This document shows, one piece after another, positions 19,238-28,869 of a stretch of 64,000 nucleotides of DNA. A program made the translations under genes and the position numbers. The notes under the pieces are model-generated. The model was not told where the DNA came from, ran no database searches, and saw nothing but the letters and a program-made list of their open reading frames with translations. The DNA comes from Candidatus Sysuiplasma jiujiangense (GTDB taxonomy: Archaea; Thermoplasmatota; Thermoplasmata; Sysuiplasmatales; Sysuiplasmataceae), in the NCBI GenBank assembly GCA_019721075.1, contig JAHEAD010000005.1:1-64000 (forward strand), read 5' to 3'. Position 1 is the stretch's first letter. Each line of letters begins with the position of its first letter.

Positions 19238-19822
19238 TCAGTGATTCCAGTCCTTTCGCAGCACATCTATTATGCCAGGGGTCAGAATAAGTTTTTCATT
19301 CACAACTGGATAGCCGTAGGGCAGCAAAGTTGTATGGACATCGTCCCACCTTATTTCCACTTCTGAACTTATTTCAAGCTCACCAACTGATGCTCCCAGA
19401 AGAATCGCCCTTGCAACAAATGCCGCACTATCAATTGTCAGCTGTATCTTGCCCATGTTTCTCGTTATGTTATTGATTCTATCAAATTTGCTCGTTATGA
19501 GTTTTGCAGTCCTGCCCAGGGGTCTGTCGTAACCGAGGATGCCGCCTACGATCAGGTATTCATAACCTCTTATTTCCTTTTTTTTCAGCTCCTCTGCAGC
19601 CATGTGATCCAGAATTATGCATCCGCTGCCTCCGGTATATTCAAGAGAATCGAGCTCGCTTACTTCGCCTATCTCCTCCAGCAACTTTCTGTCCTTTTTC
19701 CTTCTTATGCTTGTAAATACCAGTCCCGGCCAGATTTCACCGCAATGTCTGTATTCGGCAAGAAGCCAATCTGACAGCCTTTCTTCGCAATTCTCGATGA
19801 CCATCCTCGGTCCTTTTTTCAT
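19238..19822 (-). CDS. SFM1/DUF431-like SPOUT methyltransferase
   Basis: VIE..E..LSDWL.AEY.H, VGGILG...P.GRT, Q.TIDSA and LPYGYP motifs. Confidence 0.75.
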   Translation of the reverse strand: MKKGPRMVIENCEERLSDWLLAEYRHCGEIWPGLVFTSIRRKKDRKLLEEIGEVSELDSLEYTGGSGCIILDHMAAEELKKKEIRGYEYLIVGGILGYDRPLGRTAKLITSKFDRINNITRNMGKIQLTIDSAAFVARAILLGASVGELEISSEVEIRWDDVHTTLLPYGYPVVNEKLILTPGIIDVLRKDWNH

Positions 19823-19973
19823 TCACCTGAGTGATTGGAACACCTACTAAAAAACCCAGCGGGCCTGTTTAATTCTTAATCGCTTCCCGGAAGATGAGTT
19901 TTCCCGTTATCATTTGCCGTTACTGTTGTAAAAAGGTTGATAATTGTAAAGCTGGTCAATTGAACGGTTACAG

Positions 19974-20756
19974 ATGAGAACGGTTTCGGACGAAAGGGCT
20001 GTTCAGGCTGAGGGAAGCCTCAGCATTGGTCGAGAAAAATGTCTCACCGGCATCGAAGGGCTGGACAGCATTCTGGGAGGAGGAATCCCTAGAAACAATA
20101 CTGTTCTACTCACTGGAAACTGCGGTACCGGAAAAACATCCCTATCGCTCGAATATCTCCTCCACGGTGCTATTTCCGGCGAAAACGGGCTATATCTTTC
20201 GGTCACGGAACCGTTCGAAAAACTGATAGCAAACATGATACCGTATGATTTTTTCAAAAGAGACTTCTTAAAAAACGGGAGACTCACCTTCATCGACATT
20301 TCTACAATATACAGCAAACTCGGTTTCAGCAGAGACAGGATGAGTCTGGAGGACGTCGACCTGCTTGTTGTTGCCATAGGAGATCTGGCCAGGGAAACAA
20401 AGGCGAGAAGGCTGGTCATTGATTCCATTACTTCCGTTGCTTATCAGCTCGATACGCAGGAAAAGCTCAGAAATTTAATGCTCGGACTGAGCAAGATGCT
20501 CTCCGGGCTGGGAACAACATCGCTCATCATATCGGAACTGACTGCAGCCGATGCAAGTTACTCAAAATATGGCGTGGAGGAAGCAATAGCTGACGGCGTA
20601 GTCCTCATGGGGAATCTTGAAAGGAAGGGAGATATGCTCAGGACCCTTCAGGTAATAAAGATGAGGGGAACATCGCATTCGCGTGCGAAATATGTTCTGG
20701 ATCTGACTACGGCCGGGACGCTTCTTGTTCCGCTGCTCAAGGGTGGCCAGTCATGA
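19974..20756 (+). CDS. KaiC/RAD55-family ATPase
   Basis: TGIEGLD.ILGGG, Walker A GNCGTGKT, Walker B LVIDS and R.LQVIKMRG. Confidence 0.92.
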   Translation: MRTVSDERAVQAEGSLSIGREKCLTGIEGLDSILGGGIPRNNTVLLTGNCGTGKTSLSLEYLLHGAISGENGLYLSVTEPFEKLIANMIPYDFFKRDFLKNGRLTFIDISTIYSKLGFSRDRMSLEDVDLLVVAIGDLARETKARRLVIDSITSVAYQLDTQEKLRNLMLGLSKMLSGLGTTSLIISELTAADASYSKYGVEEAIADGVVLMGNLERKGDMLRTLQVIKMRGTSHSRAKYVLDLTTAGTLLVPLLKGGQS

Positions 20757-21319
20757 ACGATATTGCCAGCCAGGTTGCAGGCGAGGTTAACAAGCTGGAG
20801 CCTAGTACCTCCACATCGCTTGAGATTGGGACAGATGTCTATTTTGATGCCATCAAGGGCATGCTAAGTCTTTCCGACAAGGGCTCGCAGATAATATACG
20901 TGGCATCGACTGTCCCGGCGGACGCAATAATGAATGCAATGGAACTCATCGGGGTTAGCACGAAACAGATCAAGTTTATTGATTGTATTTCAAACATGAT
21001 GACGGGACAGCATAAGAGGGAGGACAACATAATATTCATCGAGAGCCCGACGATGCTGGAAAACATCATGCTGAAAGTGGAATACCTGAGAAGGAAATCG
21101 TCAGGCAAAAATGTTCTCGTCATTCTCGATTCGATAAACACGCTTCATATACACAACGACTGGAAAATTATGGGTGAGTTTCTCCACATCCTGGTCAACA
21201 GCCTGCGTTCAAGAGGTGCAATGATTCTTATGATAAGCATAAAGGAACAGCAGACACAGGAAGTCAGCACTCTCCTGGGCCTTGTGAGCGATAAACTTGT
21301 CAGATTCGGAGGAGAATGA
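20753..21319 (+). CDS. Inactivated RecA/KaiC-like domain protein
   Basis: FIDCIS and VILDSIN (Walker-B-like) present, no Walker A. ATGA overlaps on both sides. Confidence 0.7.
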   Translation: MNDIASQVAGEVNKLEPSTSTSLEIGTDVYFDAIKGMLSLSDKGSQIIYVASTVPADAIMNAMELIGVSTKQIKFIDCISNMMTGQHKREDNIIFIESPTMLENIMLKVEYLRRKSSGKNVLVILDSINTLHIHNDWKIMGEFLHILVNSLRSRGAMILMISIKEQQTQEVSTLLGLVSDKLVRFGGE

Positions 21320-22041
21320 TGTCGTTCACGTCAGGCATAAAGAACCTTGATGTGGCACTGGATGGAGGTTTTGCGGAGGGTTCACTCTGTGCTGTAGTAG
21401 GTCATCCGGGATCCGGGCTTGGCGTCCTCGCCATGCAATTCGCCTCTTCCGGGAACGAGAAGAGCTACTATTTTTCCACCATGGACAGCAATGATGAGAT
21501 TCTGCACACGATAAAGCGGTTCGGCTGGAACAAAGACATAAACATAGTGGACATCGGAGACAAATACTATGATTCTGTGCTTCTGAAGAAACTGGAAGTG
21601 ACAAGATACAGGCAGGAGGGAATAAAGGTTATTGACGTTTTCGACTCTGAACCTGACGGTTCCAGACCGTTCAACTTTCTTACATTCCTGACGCATGAGA
21701 TTTTCAAAGTCAAGCCGCCATTCAGGATAACAATAGACTCCCTTGATTTCTTCCTTGACAATTATGGCGTGGATGAGGTTCTCAGCGCCCTCAGGACATT
21801 AAAGGCCTATAACAAGCGCAGCCAGGGCGTAATTCTTGCAACAATGACAAAGGATATTTTCGACAGCAAGACGCAGAACGCGATAGATGCGCTGTGCGAT
21901 ACACTGATTGAACTGGAGAGAGAACGCGCAGGTAAGAAGTTCGAGAACAATTTCATATTGAGCAAGGTTAAGAGTTTTCCTGAGAAGGCAAAGATCCTGC
22001 AATATGCGATTACATCGGAAGGTTTCACTTTATTCGAATAA
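21316..22041 (+). CDS. RAD55/KaiC-family protein with degenerate Walker A
   Basis: SGIKNLD.ALDGG, GHPGSGLG (no Lys), ITIDSLD and Y.IT.EG. Confidence 0.85.
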   Translation: MMSFTSGIKNLDVALDGGFAEGSLCAVVGHPGSGLGVLAMQFASSGNEKSYYFSTMDSNDEILHTIKRFGWNKDINIVDIGDKYYDSVLLKKLEVTRYRQEGIKVIDVFDSEPDGSRPFNFLTFLTHEIFKVKPPFRITIDSLDFFLDNYGVDEVLSALRTLKAYNKRSQGVILATMTKDIFDSKTQNAIDALCDTLIELERERAGKKFENNFILSKVKSFPEKAKILQYAITSEGFTLFE

Positions 22042-22049
22042 TTGCTGCC

Positions 22050-22565
22050 TCAGGGATGAAAGGTGCCCGTTTTTTTTATTTTTACCTTAATCAGCGAGCT
22101 GGCGGGCTGAGCGGATACAACAGTCGTCCCGAAAACGCGGTCGCTGAATCTCTGCCTGGGGTCGCCAAATGTGAAAAAGCCGAGTATGAGGTCGAGTGGC
22201 AGAAGTATGTACCAGAATAGTTTGGATATGTTCCTGAACGCCGCTTCACGGAGCATTATCTGTCCCCTTTCTGAAGAAACGCGGAGTGACATTATTTTCT
22301 TTCCAACAGTATAGCCGTAATAGTATTCTGTCAGAGTCCCGTAGATAAGCCAGCATATTCCAGATGCAACACCCAAAAACAAGTCAAAATATAGTCTGCT
22401 GAATCCGAATGTCATGCCCACTGCCCATATTGGCACGAATATAGTCACCATGTCAATTACGCCGGCAGCAATTCTCTTCAGCCAGTGTGTTCTGAGAACG
22501 CTGTTCCTGAGTATAATCTCCGCAGCTATGGGCATCCCTATTCCCGATGTAGTAATGCTCATCAT
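22050..22565 (-). CDS. RDD-family membrane protein
   Basis: KRIAAGVID, G.TVGKKIMSLRV and QRFSD...GT.V motifs. Confidence 0.85.
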   Translation of the reverse strand: MMSITTSGIGMPIAAEIILRNSVLRTHWLKRIAAGVIDMVTIFVPIWAVGMTFGFSRLYFDLFLGVASGICWLIYGTLTEYYYGYTVGKKIMSLRVSSERGQIMLREAAFRNISKLFWYILLPLDLILGFFTFGDPRQRFSDRVFGTTVVSAQPASSLIKVKIKKTGTFHP

Positions 22566-22764
22566 GAATATAATTCTATCGCATTTGACTGACGATCGTC
22601 TGACGGCTGTAACATACTTGTAGATGTTTCAGGAATAGACAGCCGGCTTATGACCGGTCTGTCTGCTTTCTCGTCAATTTGATCGTCTAACCGGCGTTGT
22701 ACCGGTTCAGGCAGCCAGTTCCGGACATCAGTCCATTATATACCGGTTCTTCATAAGCGCGATC

Positions 22765-23241
22765 ATGGTAGAACTTGCGTCGATGGCCGAAGACGATTTT
22801 CTGGCTTACCTGAAGAACAGCATTGAGCTTTATGCCGGTGAGAAGACCAGATCAGGCGACTGGAGTGAAATGGAATCACGGAGCCTTTCCGAGAAGACTT
22901 TCAACAGCCTTCTCCCGGACGGCATGGCGACAAAGGATCATTTCCTCTTCTCCATTGTGGATGAGAACAGCGGATTGAAGGTAGGTGTCATATGGGTGGG
23001 AATCGGGAATGCCAGTCCGGCTAAGGGAGCATGGGTGTGGGATCTGCTCATATTTGAAGGATTCAGGAGGCGAAGGTATGCACTCGATGCTCTTCGAAAG
23101 CTGGAACAGTTCCTCCAGACCAGGGGAATCACCCGCATTTCACTGCATGTATTCGCGCACAACACAGCGGCGCAGCATCTTTATGAGAAGTCGGGATTCA
23201 CTGTTCTGGATATGACGCTGTCAAAGAGCATCACCTGTTAG
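22765..23241 (+). CDS. GNAT-family N-acetyltransferase
   Basis: FRRRRYA acetyl-CoA-binding region, L.VF.HN..A..LYEK.GF. Confidence 0.85.
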   Translation: MVELASMAEDDFLAYLKNSIELYAGEKTRSGDWSEMESRSLSEKTFNSLLPDGMATKDHFLFSIVDENSGLKVGVIWVGIGNASPAKGAWVWDLLIFEGFRRRRYALDALRKLEQFLQTRGITRISLHVFAHNTAAQHLYEKSGFTVLDMTLSKSITC

Positions 23242-23362
23242 TCATCTTTTATCTTTAAAGGCAAAATTGTTCGTTGTGCAGAGCGACATTGGACAACGGC
23301 CAGGTGCAGCTGCCTGATGACCGTCAGGGGGCAGTATAAGCCGGTCTGAGATTTTACGACGC

Positions 23363-26329
23363 CTATTCAATGTACCTGATGGCAGCGGATGGTTCTATCC
23401 GTGAAACTGCCCGAACCGAACTTATCACGGCCAGTATCGTCAGTGTGGCGGATATGGCAACAAGATAAAGGACGCTCGCGGGGGAATATGTAAATGAAAG
23501 TACGGGACTGAGTCTGCTTGCTATGATATTTCCGTTTATTAGGCTCATGATTACACCAATTACTGAGCCCGATACCGCTATGAATACGAACTCAAGGAGG
23601 AATGATGCGCTGACCATTCTTCTCGTGAATCCGAGTGCGCGCAGAAGACCTATGCTCTGATAGCGTTCCACCACGGAACGCATGGCTATTATACCGAGTC
23701 CGGCTGTTCCCGCAACCAGCCCCATTGCAATGAAAATTTCAGTCATTTCCACTATTCCGTTTATGTCCATGGTGATTTGTTGTGTAATCAGGTAGAGATT
23801 GAGTAATACGGGATTGTATTCCGTGAGAGCTTTCCTTATCTGTATGGATGCTGTGGTTGGTGAAACACCGTCTGCAAGGCTTATGAAAAGAACCGGAAAG
23901 GATGATCCCCTGAGGCCAAGGGAATCCATTGCCGTCGCCGAAACAAAGACCCCCTGAAAACCGAACTCATCGAGTATTCCCGCCACGACCACATTATGGG
24001 AAGTATGGTTGTTGCCGTACACAGTAAGTGTCTGGCCGAGTTTGATATTCACGTGAGGGTTCATGCCAGAACCGAAATTTCCCTGCTTTACGCCTGCAAG
24101 CGTCATGTCTATGACCGCCAGAGACGAATTGTTTTGAACAGCATTCCATACGCTGCGCTGTGAGTTGAATCGGGGGAGGTAGCTGTAAAACTGGTACCTG
24201 TTCCCGGAAAAGAAATCCCCTGTTCCATTATATGATGGTATTCCGACCAGCGGATAGATGAAGAGGCCGGAATCGTTGCCGCTGGCGGTAAACGCTGTTG
24301 TCGTATCATAAATCAGACTTGCCCGGGAAATATACCGGCTCAGTGAATTATTGTTTTCAATTGCGGAGGTTATGTTTGTACCATCACCGCTGTATACGAC
24401 AAAATTGTATCCACCGCTCTGCTTTGCAACCGTCTGGACTGCAGCCTGATCAACCATACTTCCAAGGACAGAAACCGATACAATCCCGAAAATGACAAAG
24501 GAAAACAGCGCCAGCGAGATCGCCGTTCTGGTCTTCTTCTGAGTGGTGAACGCAAGCGCCTGCCTGACCGTTGCGCTTATTCCTCCGCGATTAATCTTTT
24601 TTGGTTTCATCGCACTAAGCAGAAACGGCTCCAGTGCGAAGAATACCAGTATGCCTCCTGAAACGAGGAAAATACCTGATTCCACATAGACGTAATAGGA
24701 ATAGCCAAAATAATCCGGAAAAATACTCCATGCCTGTGGGATGCCCCACTGGATGATCAGACCGATTCCCGCAATTCCGGCAACAAAACTCCTGCCTGTG
24801 ATGACAACGATTAACCAGACCACCGATAATATCAGCAGAGACAGGCCAAGCATGGAAATTTCCAGAGATGTGGTGAAATAGCCTGCTGCCAGCAGGAACA
24901 CCGACACAATGGCGAGTAAAGCGAGCACAGTATTTTTGGGGCCGACTGCAACCTTACGCTGATTTACATTTCCTCTTATCGCATCTATTATGCTGAATCG
25001 ACTCATAAAAATGCTTGCGGCAATTATTACTGCAAAAGTGGCAATGCCTCCAGTAGAGAAGCCAATAACTATATCAGACAGGGAAGGGCTGAATGATGCA
25101 AGCAGTATGCCAGTATTTCTCACAGGCAGTGAAAATGTATGACCAAACAGCGCCACAAACCCGTACATCATCAAGAATCCAATTGCTATCCCGAGAAGTG
25201 AGCCTGCAAAGCATGAAATCGCGGTATACACGAAACCTTCGGAGACAAATCCGTATGTTATTCCGGCCCTGCTTGCACCCAGCGCCCTGAGAGTGCCAAG
25301 ATCCCTCATTCTTTCTTCGGCAAGCATGTAGAAAATGACAAGAACAAGTATCAGACCGGTTGCTACCGCGAACAGGCTCAGTGCCAGGTACAGATCGGAA
25401 AGATCACTTATTTCGGCATGGATTGTATTGAGCTGCTGCTGCAATAACGGATAAGCTGCAAGGGAAGTGCCAAATTCCGAATTGATTGACGGCAGTATGG
25501 AATCGATTTTTCTAATGGCACTGCCTGAGACTTTTACAGCAGAAAGTACTGTTCCGCTGTTGGCGATGGCAATGATGCTAATCCTTCCCTGGGAGCGAAG
25601 TGCAATTTGCGCGCCGCTCAGCCTCATGAATATGTTGAAACCAGAATCAAAATATCCTCTGTAATTGTCCCTGACAATACCGGCGACCCTTCCGGTGTAA
25701 TGCACTCCAGGACCAAAATACAGTGTAACAGTGTCGCCAGTGGTGGCATTAAGCTGGTTTGCGGCAAGTTCATCTATGAGTATCCCATCTGCGGGAAGCG
25801 AAGTTATCACGCTTCCATTGGCGGATATGAAGTTTCCCAGTACGCTGCTGGACCACCATGGCGTCCCGACCAAACCAATATCCTGGTATGGGACACCTGT
25901 TGTGTTGTCGAACACGCTGACAGTTTCATATATCATCGGAATGGCGGCTGAAATTCCGGAATAACCTGATATCGATGAGTTCAATGCGCTATAGGCTGAA
26001 TAATTGAAAAATGCTCCGTACAGCGAATTTCCGGAATCGGTGATTGTTTCGTCTATATGTCCGTAACTTAGCGCAACAAGGTTGTCGCTGAGTTCAAGCA
26101 TGCTGCTCCTCATAACCAGCGCCCCGCTGATCATTGCGGAGCCCACCATCAGCCCTGCTATTATGAGCGCTGCCCTCTTTCTGTTGCCGAAAGCATTCCG
26201 TATGAACATCCTGAATATTGTTCTGTCTTTCAGTATTATCGAGACCGAGAATACGCTGATTATGGCGAACGTGATTAGCAGCAACAAAGAAACATCAGGT
26301 ACCATTATCTGCATCTGATTCACCGTCAT
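23363..26329 (-). CDS. ABC transporter permease, duplicated FtsX/MacB-type
   Basis: Two ER...G.LRALG repeats, many TM helices and sequon-rich extracellular loops. Confidence 0.9.
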   Translation of the reverse strand: MTVNQMQIMVPDVSLLLLITFAIISVFSVSIILKDRTIFRMFIRNAFGNRKRAALIIAGLMVGSAMISGALVMRSSMLELSDNLVALSYGHIDETITDSGNSLYGAFFNYSAYSALNSSISGYSGISAAIPMIYETVSVFDNTTGVPYQDIGLVGTPWWSSSVLGNFISANGSVITSLPADGILIDELAANQLNATTGDTVTLYFGPGVHYTGRVAGIVRDNYRGYFDSGFNIFMRLSGAQIALRSQGRISIIAIANSGTVLSAVKVSGSAIRKIDSILPSINSEFGTSLAAYPLLQQQLNTIHAEISDLSDLYLALSLFAVATGLILVLVIFYMLAEERMRDLGTLRALGASRAGITYGFVSEGFVYTAISCFAGSLLGIAIGFLMMYGFVALFGHTFSLPVRNTGILLASFSPSLSDIVIGFSTGGIATFAVIIAASIFMSRFSIIDAIRGNVNQRKVAVGPKNTVLALLAIVSVFLLAAGYFTTSLEISMLGLSLLILSVVWLIVVITGRSFVAGIAGIGLIIQWGIPQAWSIFPDYFGYSYYVYVESGIFLVSGGILVFFALEPFLLSAMKPKKINRGGISATVRQALAFTTQKKTRTAISLALFSFVIFGIVSVSVLGSMVDQAAVQTVAKQSGGYNFVVYSGDGTNITSAIENNNSLSRYISRASLIYDTTTAFTASGNDSGLFIYPLVGIPSYNGTGDFFSGNRYQFYSYLPRFNSQRSVWNAVQNNSSLAVIDMTLAGVKQGNFGSGMNPHVNIKLGQTLTVYGNNHTSHNVVVAGILDEFGFQGVFVSATAMDSLGLRGSSFPVLFISLADGVSPTTASIQIRKALTEYNPVLLNLYLITQQITMDINGIVEMTEIFIAMGLVAGTAGLGIIAMRSVVERYQSIGLLRALGFTRRMVSASFLLEFVFIAVSGSVIGVIMSLINGNIIASRLSPVLSFTYSPASVLYLVAISATLTILAVISSVRAVSRIEPSAAIRYIE

Positions 26330-27035
26330 TCTCTATTTTCCCATCGCGGATCTTGATTTTTCTCTTTGAGTACGAAGCAACATCCTCATTGTGCGTCACA
26401 ACTATTACTGTCGAATCGGTCTCCCGGTTAAGCTGGCTGAAGAGTTCAAGGACTGCCTTGCCTGAAATGCTGTCGAGATTGCCGGTCGGTTCGTCAGCCC
26501 ATATCACAGCAGGTCTGTTTATCAGTGCCCTTGCTATGGCTACCCTCTGCTGTTCGCCGCCGGAGAGTTGATTCGGCCTGAATTTTGCCCTGTCGGCAAG
26601 TCCGACGTACTTCAGAATCTCGATTGCCCTTGCCCGCGTCTCTGTCCCACGGACGCCCGCAATTAGTGCTGGAAGTTCAACGTTTTCAACCACGTTGAAC
26701 ACAGGCAGCAGGGCATAGTTCTGAAAGACAAAACCCATTCTAATCGATCTGAAATAACTGATTTCTCTGTCGCTCAGCGCACTTATGTTCCTGCCGTCTA
26801 CTATGACTTCGCCTTCACTTACCGTGTCCAGGCCGGACATGCAGTTCAGCAGCGTACTCTTTCCGGAACCTGAGGGGCCTGAAATAGATACAAATTCCCC
26901 TTTCCTGAACTTCAGGCTCACATTTCTTAGAACTGATATGGACTCTTTTCCAATCATATAGTATTTGCTGATGTTCCTTGCTTCTGCCGCGATTTCGGTC
27001 ACTGTAGCCCTCGGCTGCCCGTTGTATTGAATCAA
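26295..27035 (-). CDS. ABC transporter ATP-binding protein (LolD/MacB type)
   Basis: GPSGSGKST, LSGGEQQRVAIARAL, ADEPTGNLD and VTH motifs. Confidence 0.95.
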   Translation of the reverse strand: MIQYNGQPRATVTEIAAEARNISKYYMIGKESISVLRNVSLKFRKGEFVSISGPSGSGKSTLLNCMSGLDTVSEGEVIVDGRNISALSDREISYFRSIRMGFVFQNYALLPVFNVVENVELPALIAGVRGTETRARAIEILKYVGLADRAKFRPNQLSGGEQQRVAIARALINRPAVIWADEPTGNLDSISGKAVLELFSQLNRETDSTVIVVTHNEDVASYSKRKIKIRDGKIENDGESDADNGT

Positions 27036-27088
27036 GTTATTTCCAGTTAATTAACTGAGTCCCGAAGAAATCGTACGAGGACATGGTG

Positions 27089-27150
27089 TGCCACTCGGCT
27101 CGCCCGTCACTCATCACAGTATCAGCGCTGGGTTTCTCGTCACCGTGGCA
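27089..27150 (-). ncRNA. Archaeal box C/D 2'-O-methylation guide sRNA (predicted targets 16S Cm1402 and 23S Gm2581, E. coli numbering)
   Basis: Minus strand reads TGCCAC-g-[C GTGACGA]-GAAACCCAGCG-[D' CTGA]-tact-[C' GTGATGA]-GTGACGGGCGAG-[D CCGA]-GTGGCA. It has a 6-bp terminal stem, 11- and 12-nt guides antisense to conserved rRNA (GCUGGGUUU and CGCCCGUCA), and a TATA-like TTTCTAAA about 21-28 nt upstream. Confidence 0.9.
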
Positions 27151-27347
27151 GCATGGTCATTTCATAAGAGTTTAGAAAGTTATCGATCCAAACACTGCCG
27201 GCTGACCGTGAAACGGCACTCTTCGCTCAATGTCCAGATCTTAAATTAAAGTCCGTACACGTCTGCTGTCTATGCAGCCAGGCACAGAACGAATTTGCCG
27301 CATTGCCGCACAAAAGACTTTTAAGACTGAGCTGTTATGCTGCAGTT

Positions 27348-27530
27348 GTGAAAAGAAAACTGATGGAAATACTTGCCTGCCCTGTATGCAAAAACCATCC
27401 GCTGGATATCGCAGTAACCAAAGAGGATGGAGGCGAAATTATCTCAGGCACAATAACCTGTTCGAAATGCGGAGGCACGTATCCCATAGAAGACTCTATT
27501 CCGAACATGCTCCCGCAAAATATGCGATAA
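27348..27530 (+). CDS. trm112: Trm112-family methyltransferase activator
   Basis: MKRKLMEILACPVCK...ITCSKC..YPIEDSIPNML. GTG start about 23 nt after a TTTTAAG TATA-like box (leaderless). Confidence 0.88.
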   Translation: MKRKLMEILACPVCKNHPLDIAVTKEDGGEIISGTITCSKCGGTYPIEDSIPNMLPQNMR

Positions 27531-27538
27531 GGGCGAGA

Positions 27539-28696
27539 TCATGTTCGCAGTGTTTTAAGCGCCCTTTCCATAGAATCCAGACCCTTCTCCAGGTTGTTCA
27601 TGCTAGTTGCATACGATAACCTGAAATGCCTCTCCCCAAATTTGCCGAAGGATGATCCTGGTGTTACGGCGACCTGTGCCCTGTCAAGAAGGAATTCGCT
27701 GATGCTCTCTGAATCCATTTCGTAATCATATTTCGGGAAGGCATAGAACGCTCCCTGCGGCTCCACCACATTCATACCTTCAATCTCCTTCAGTCGCCTG
27801 ACAACGAAGTCGCGTCTTTTTCTGAATTCCGAAACCATCTTTTCAACGGGCTCCTTGGGTCCTCTGAGCGCTGCGACTCCTGCTTTCTGCACAAACGAGG
27901 TCACACAGGTAATGGAGTGCGTCTGGATCTTGAGTATGTCCTTCAGGAGGCGCTTATCGGCGTGAAGGTATCCCAGCCTCCATCCTGTCATCGAATAAGT
28001 CTTGGAAAATCCATTTACGGTGATAACTCTCTCTTTCATTCCTGGAAAAGAGCCAGGTGAATAGTTTACTGCATCATATATGATCTTCTCGTAAATCTCG
28101 TCACTAAGGATGAGTAAATCATGCTCTCTGGCCAAATCACACAATCCCTCAATGTCCTCCTTCCCGGCTACCGCTCCAGTAGGGTTATTCGGCGAATTGA
28201 GTATTATCATTCTGGTCTTTTCTGTGATCTTTTCGGCAACAAGCTCTGGTGTAAGTCTGAAACCTGTCTCTTCATCGGCCCTGACAGGCACCGGGATGCC
28301 TTCGGCAATTCTCACCATCGGCTCATATGATACCCAGGAAGGGTCTGGAATTATTACCTCCATGTTCCTGTCGACAAGTGCAAGTACTGCCATGAATAGT
28401 GCCTGTTTTGTAGGAGTGACGACGATCTCGGAACTTTCCGCATCTATGCCATTCTCAGCCTTCAGCTTCTGTGATATCGCCTCTCTCAGTTCAGGTATAC
28501 CTGCAGAGGCGGTGTATTTTGTGAAACCAGATTTAAGGGCCTCTATACACGCATCCACAATATGCTGTGGCGTTGGGAAATCCGGTTCGCCTATGGAAAA
28601 CGAAGTCACATCAAGCCCCCTGGATTTGAGCTCCTTGACCTTGTCAGCCACCTTTACTGTCCCGGATTCAACTATGTTTTCCATTCGTCCCGGCAT
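27539..28696 (-). CDS. Class I/II PLP aminotransferase (aspartate aminotransferase-like)
   Basis: IGEPDF.TP, NSPNNPTG, SDEIY, NGFSKTYSMTGWRLG and RLSYA. ATG 28696 preferred over the long ORF-track start. Confidence 0.92.
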   Translation of the reverse strand: MPGRMENIVESGTVKVADKVKELKSRGLDVTSFSIGEPDFPTPQHIVDACIEALKSGFTKYTASAGIPELREAISQKLKAENGIDAESSEIVVTPTKQALFMAVLALVDRNMEVIIPDPSWVSYEPMVRIAEGIPVPVRADEETGFRLTPELVAEKITEKTRMIILNSPNNPTGAVAGKEDIEGLCDLAREHDLLILSDEIYEKIIYDAVNYSPGSFPGMKERVITVNGFSKTYSMTGWRLGYLHADKRLLKDILKIQTHSITCVTSFVQKAGVAALRGPKEPVEKMVSEFRKRRDFVVRRLKEIEGMNVVEPQGAFYAFPKYDYEMDSESISEFLLDRAQVAVTPGSSFGKFGERHFRLSYATSMNNLEKGLDSMERALKTLRT

Positions 28697-28869
28697 AACG
28701 CTGCAATCATGCCGGTCCCCCTTAAAACATTTCCATGCTGTATTTCGAACATTTGCTGAATTTGTGTAATGCAATTTCTCTTTCATATAAAAAGGGCAGC
28801 TCCAAAACATGGGATATATTGATAAAGAAGTGCGTCGTTTGTAAATGTTGACAAAAGGAAGGTGGAATA

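Noticed and set aside
22620..22690. tRNA-like arm GCCGG-CTTATGA-CCGGT (UAU anticodon geometry) preceded by a possible D-arm
   Set aside because: No T-arm (TTCRA in a 5-bp stem) or acceptor stem can be formed, so it is not a tRNA.
23314..23349. CTGATGA...CTGA as a second C/D sRNA
   Set aside because: The 25-nt spacing is wrong, there are no internal D'/C' boxes or terminal stem, and no convincing rRNA complement.
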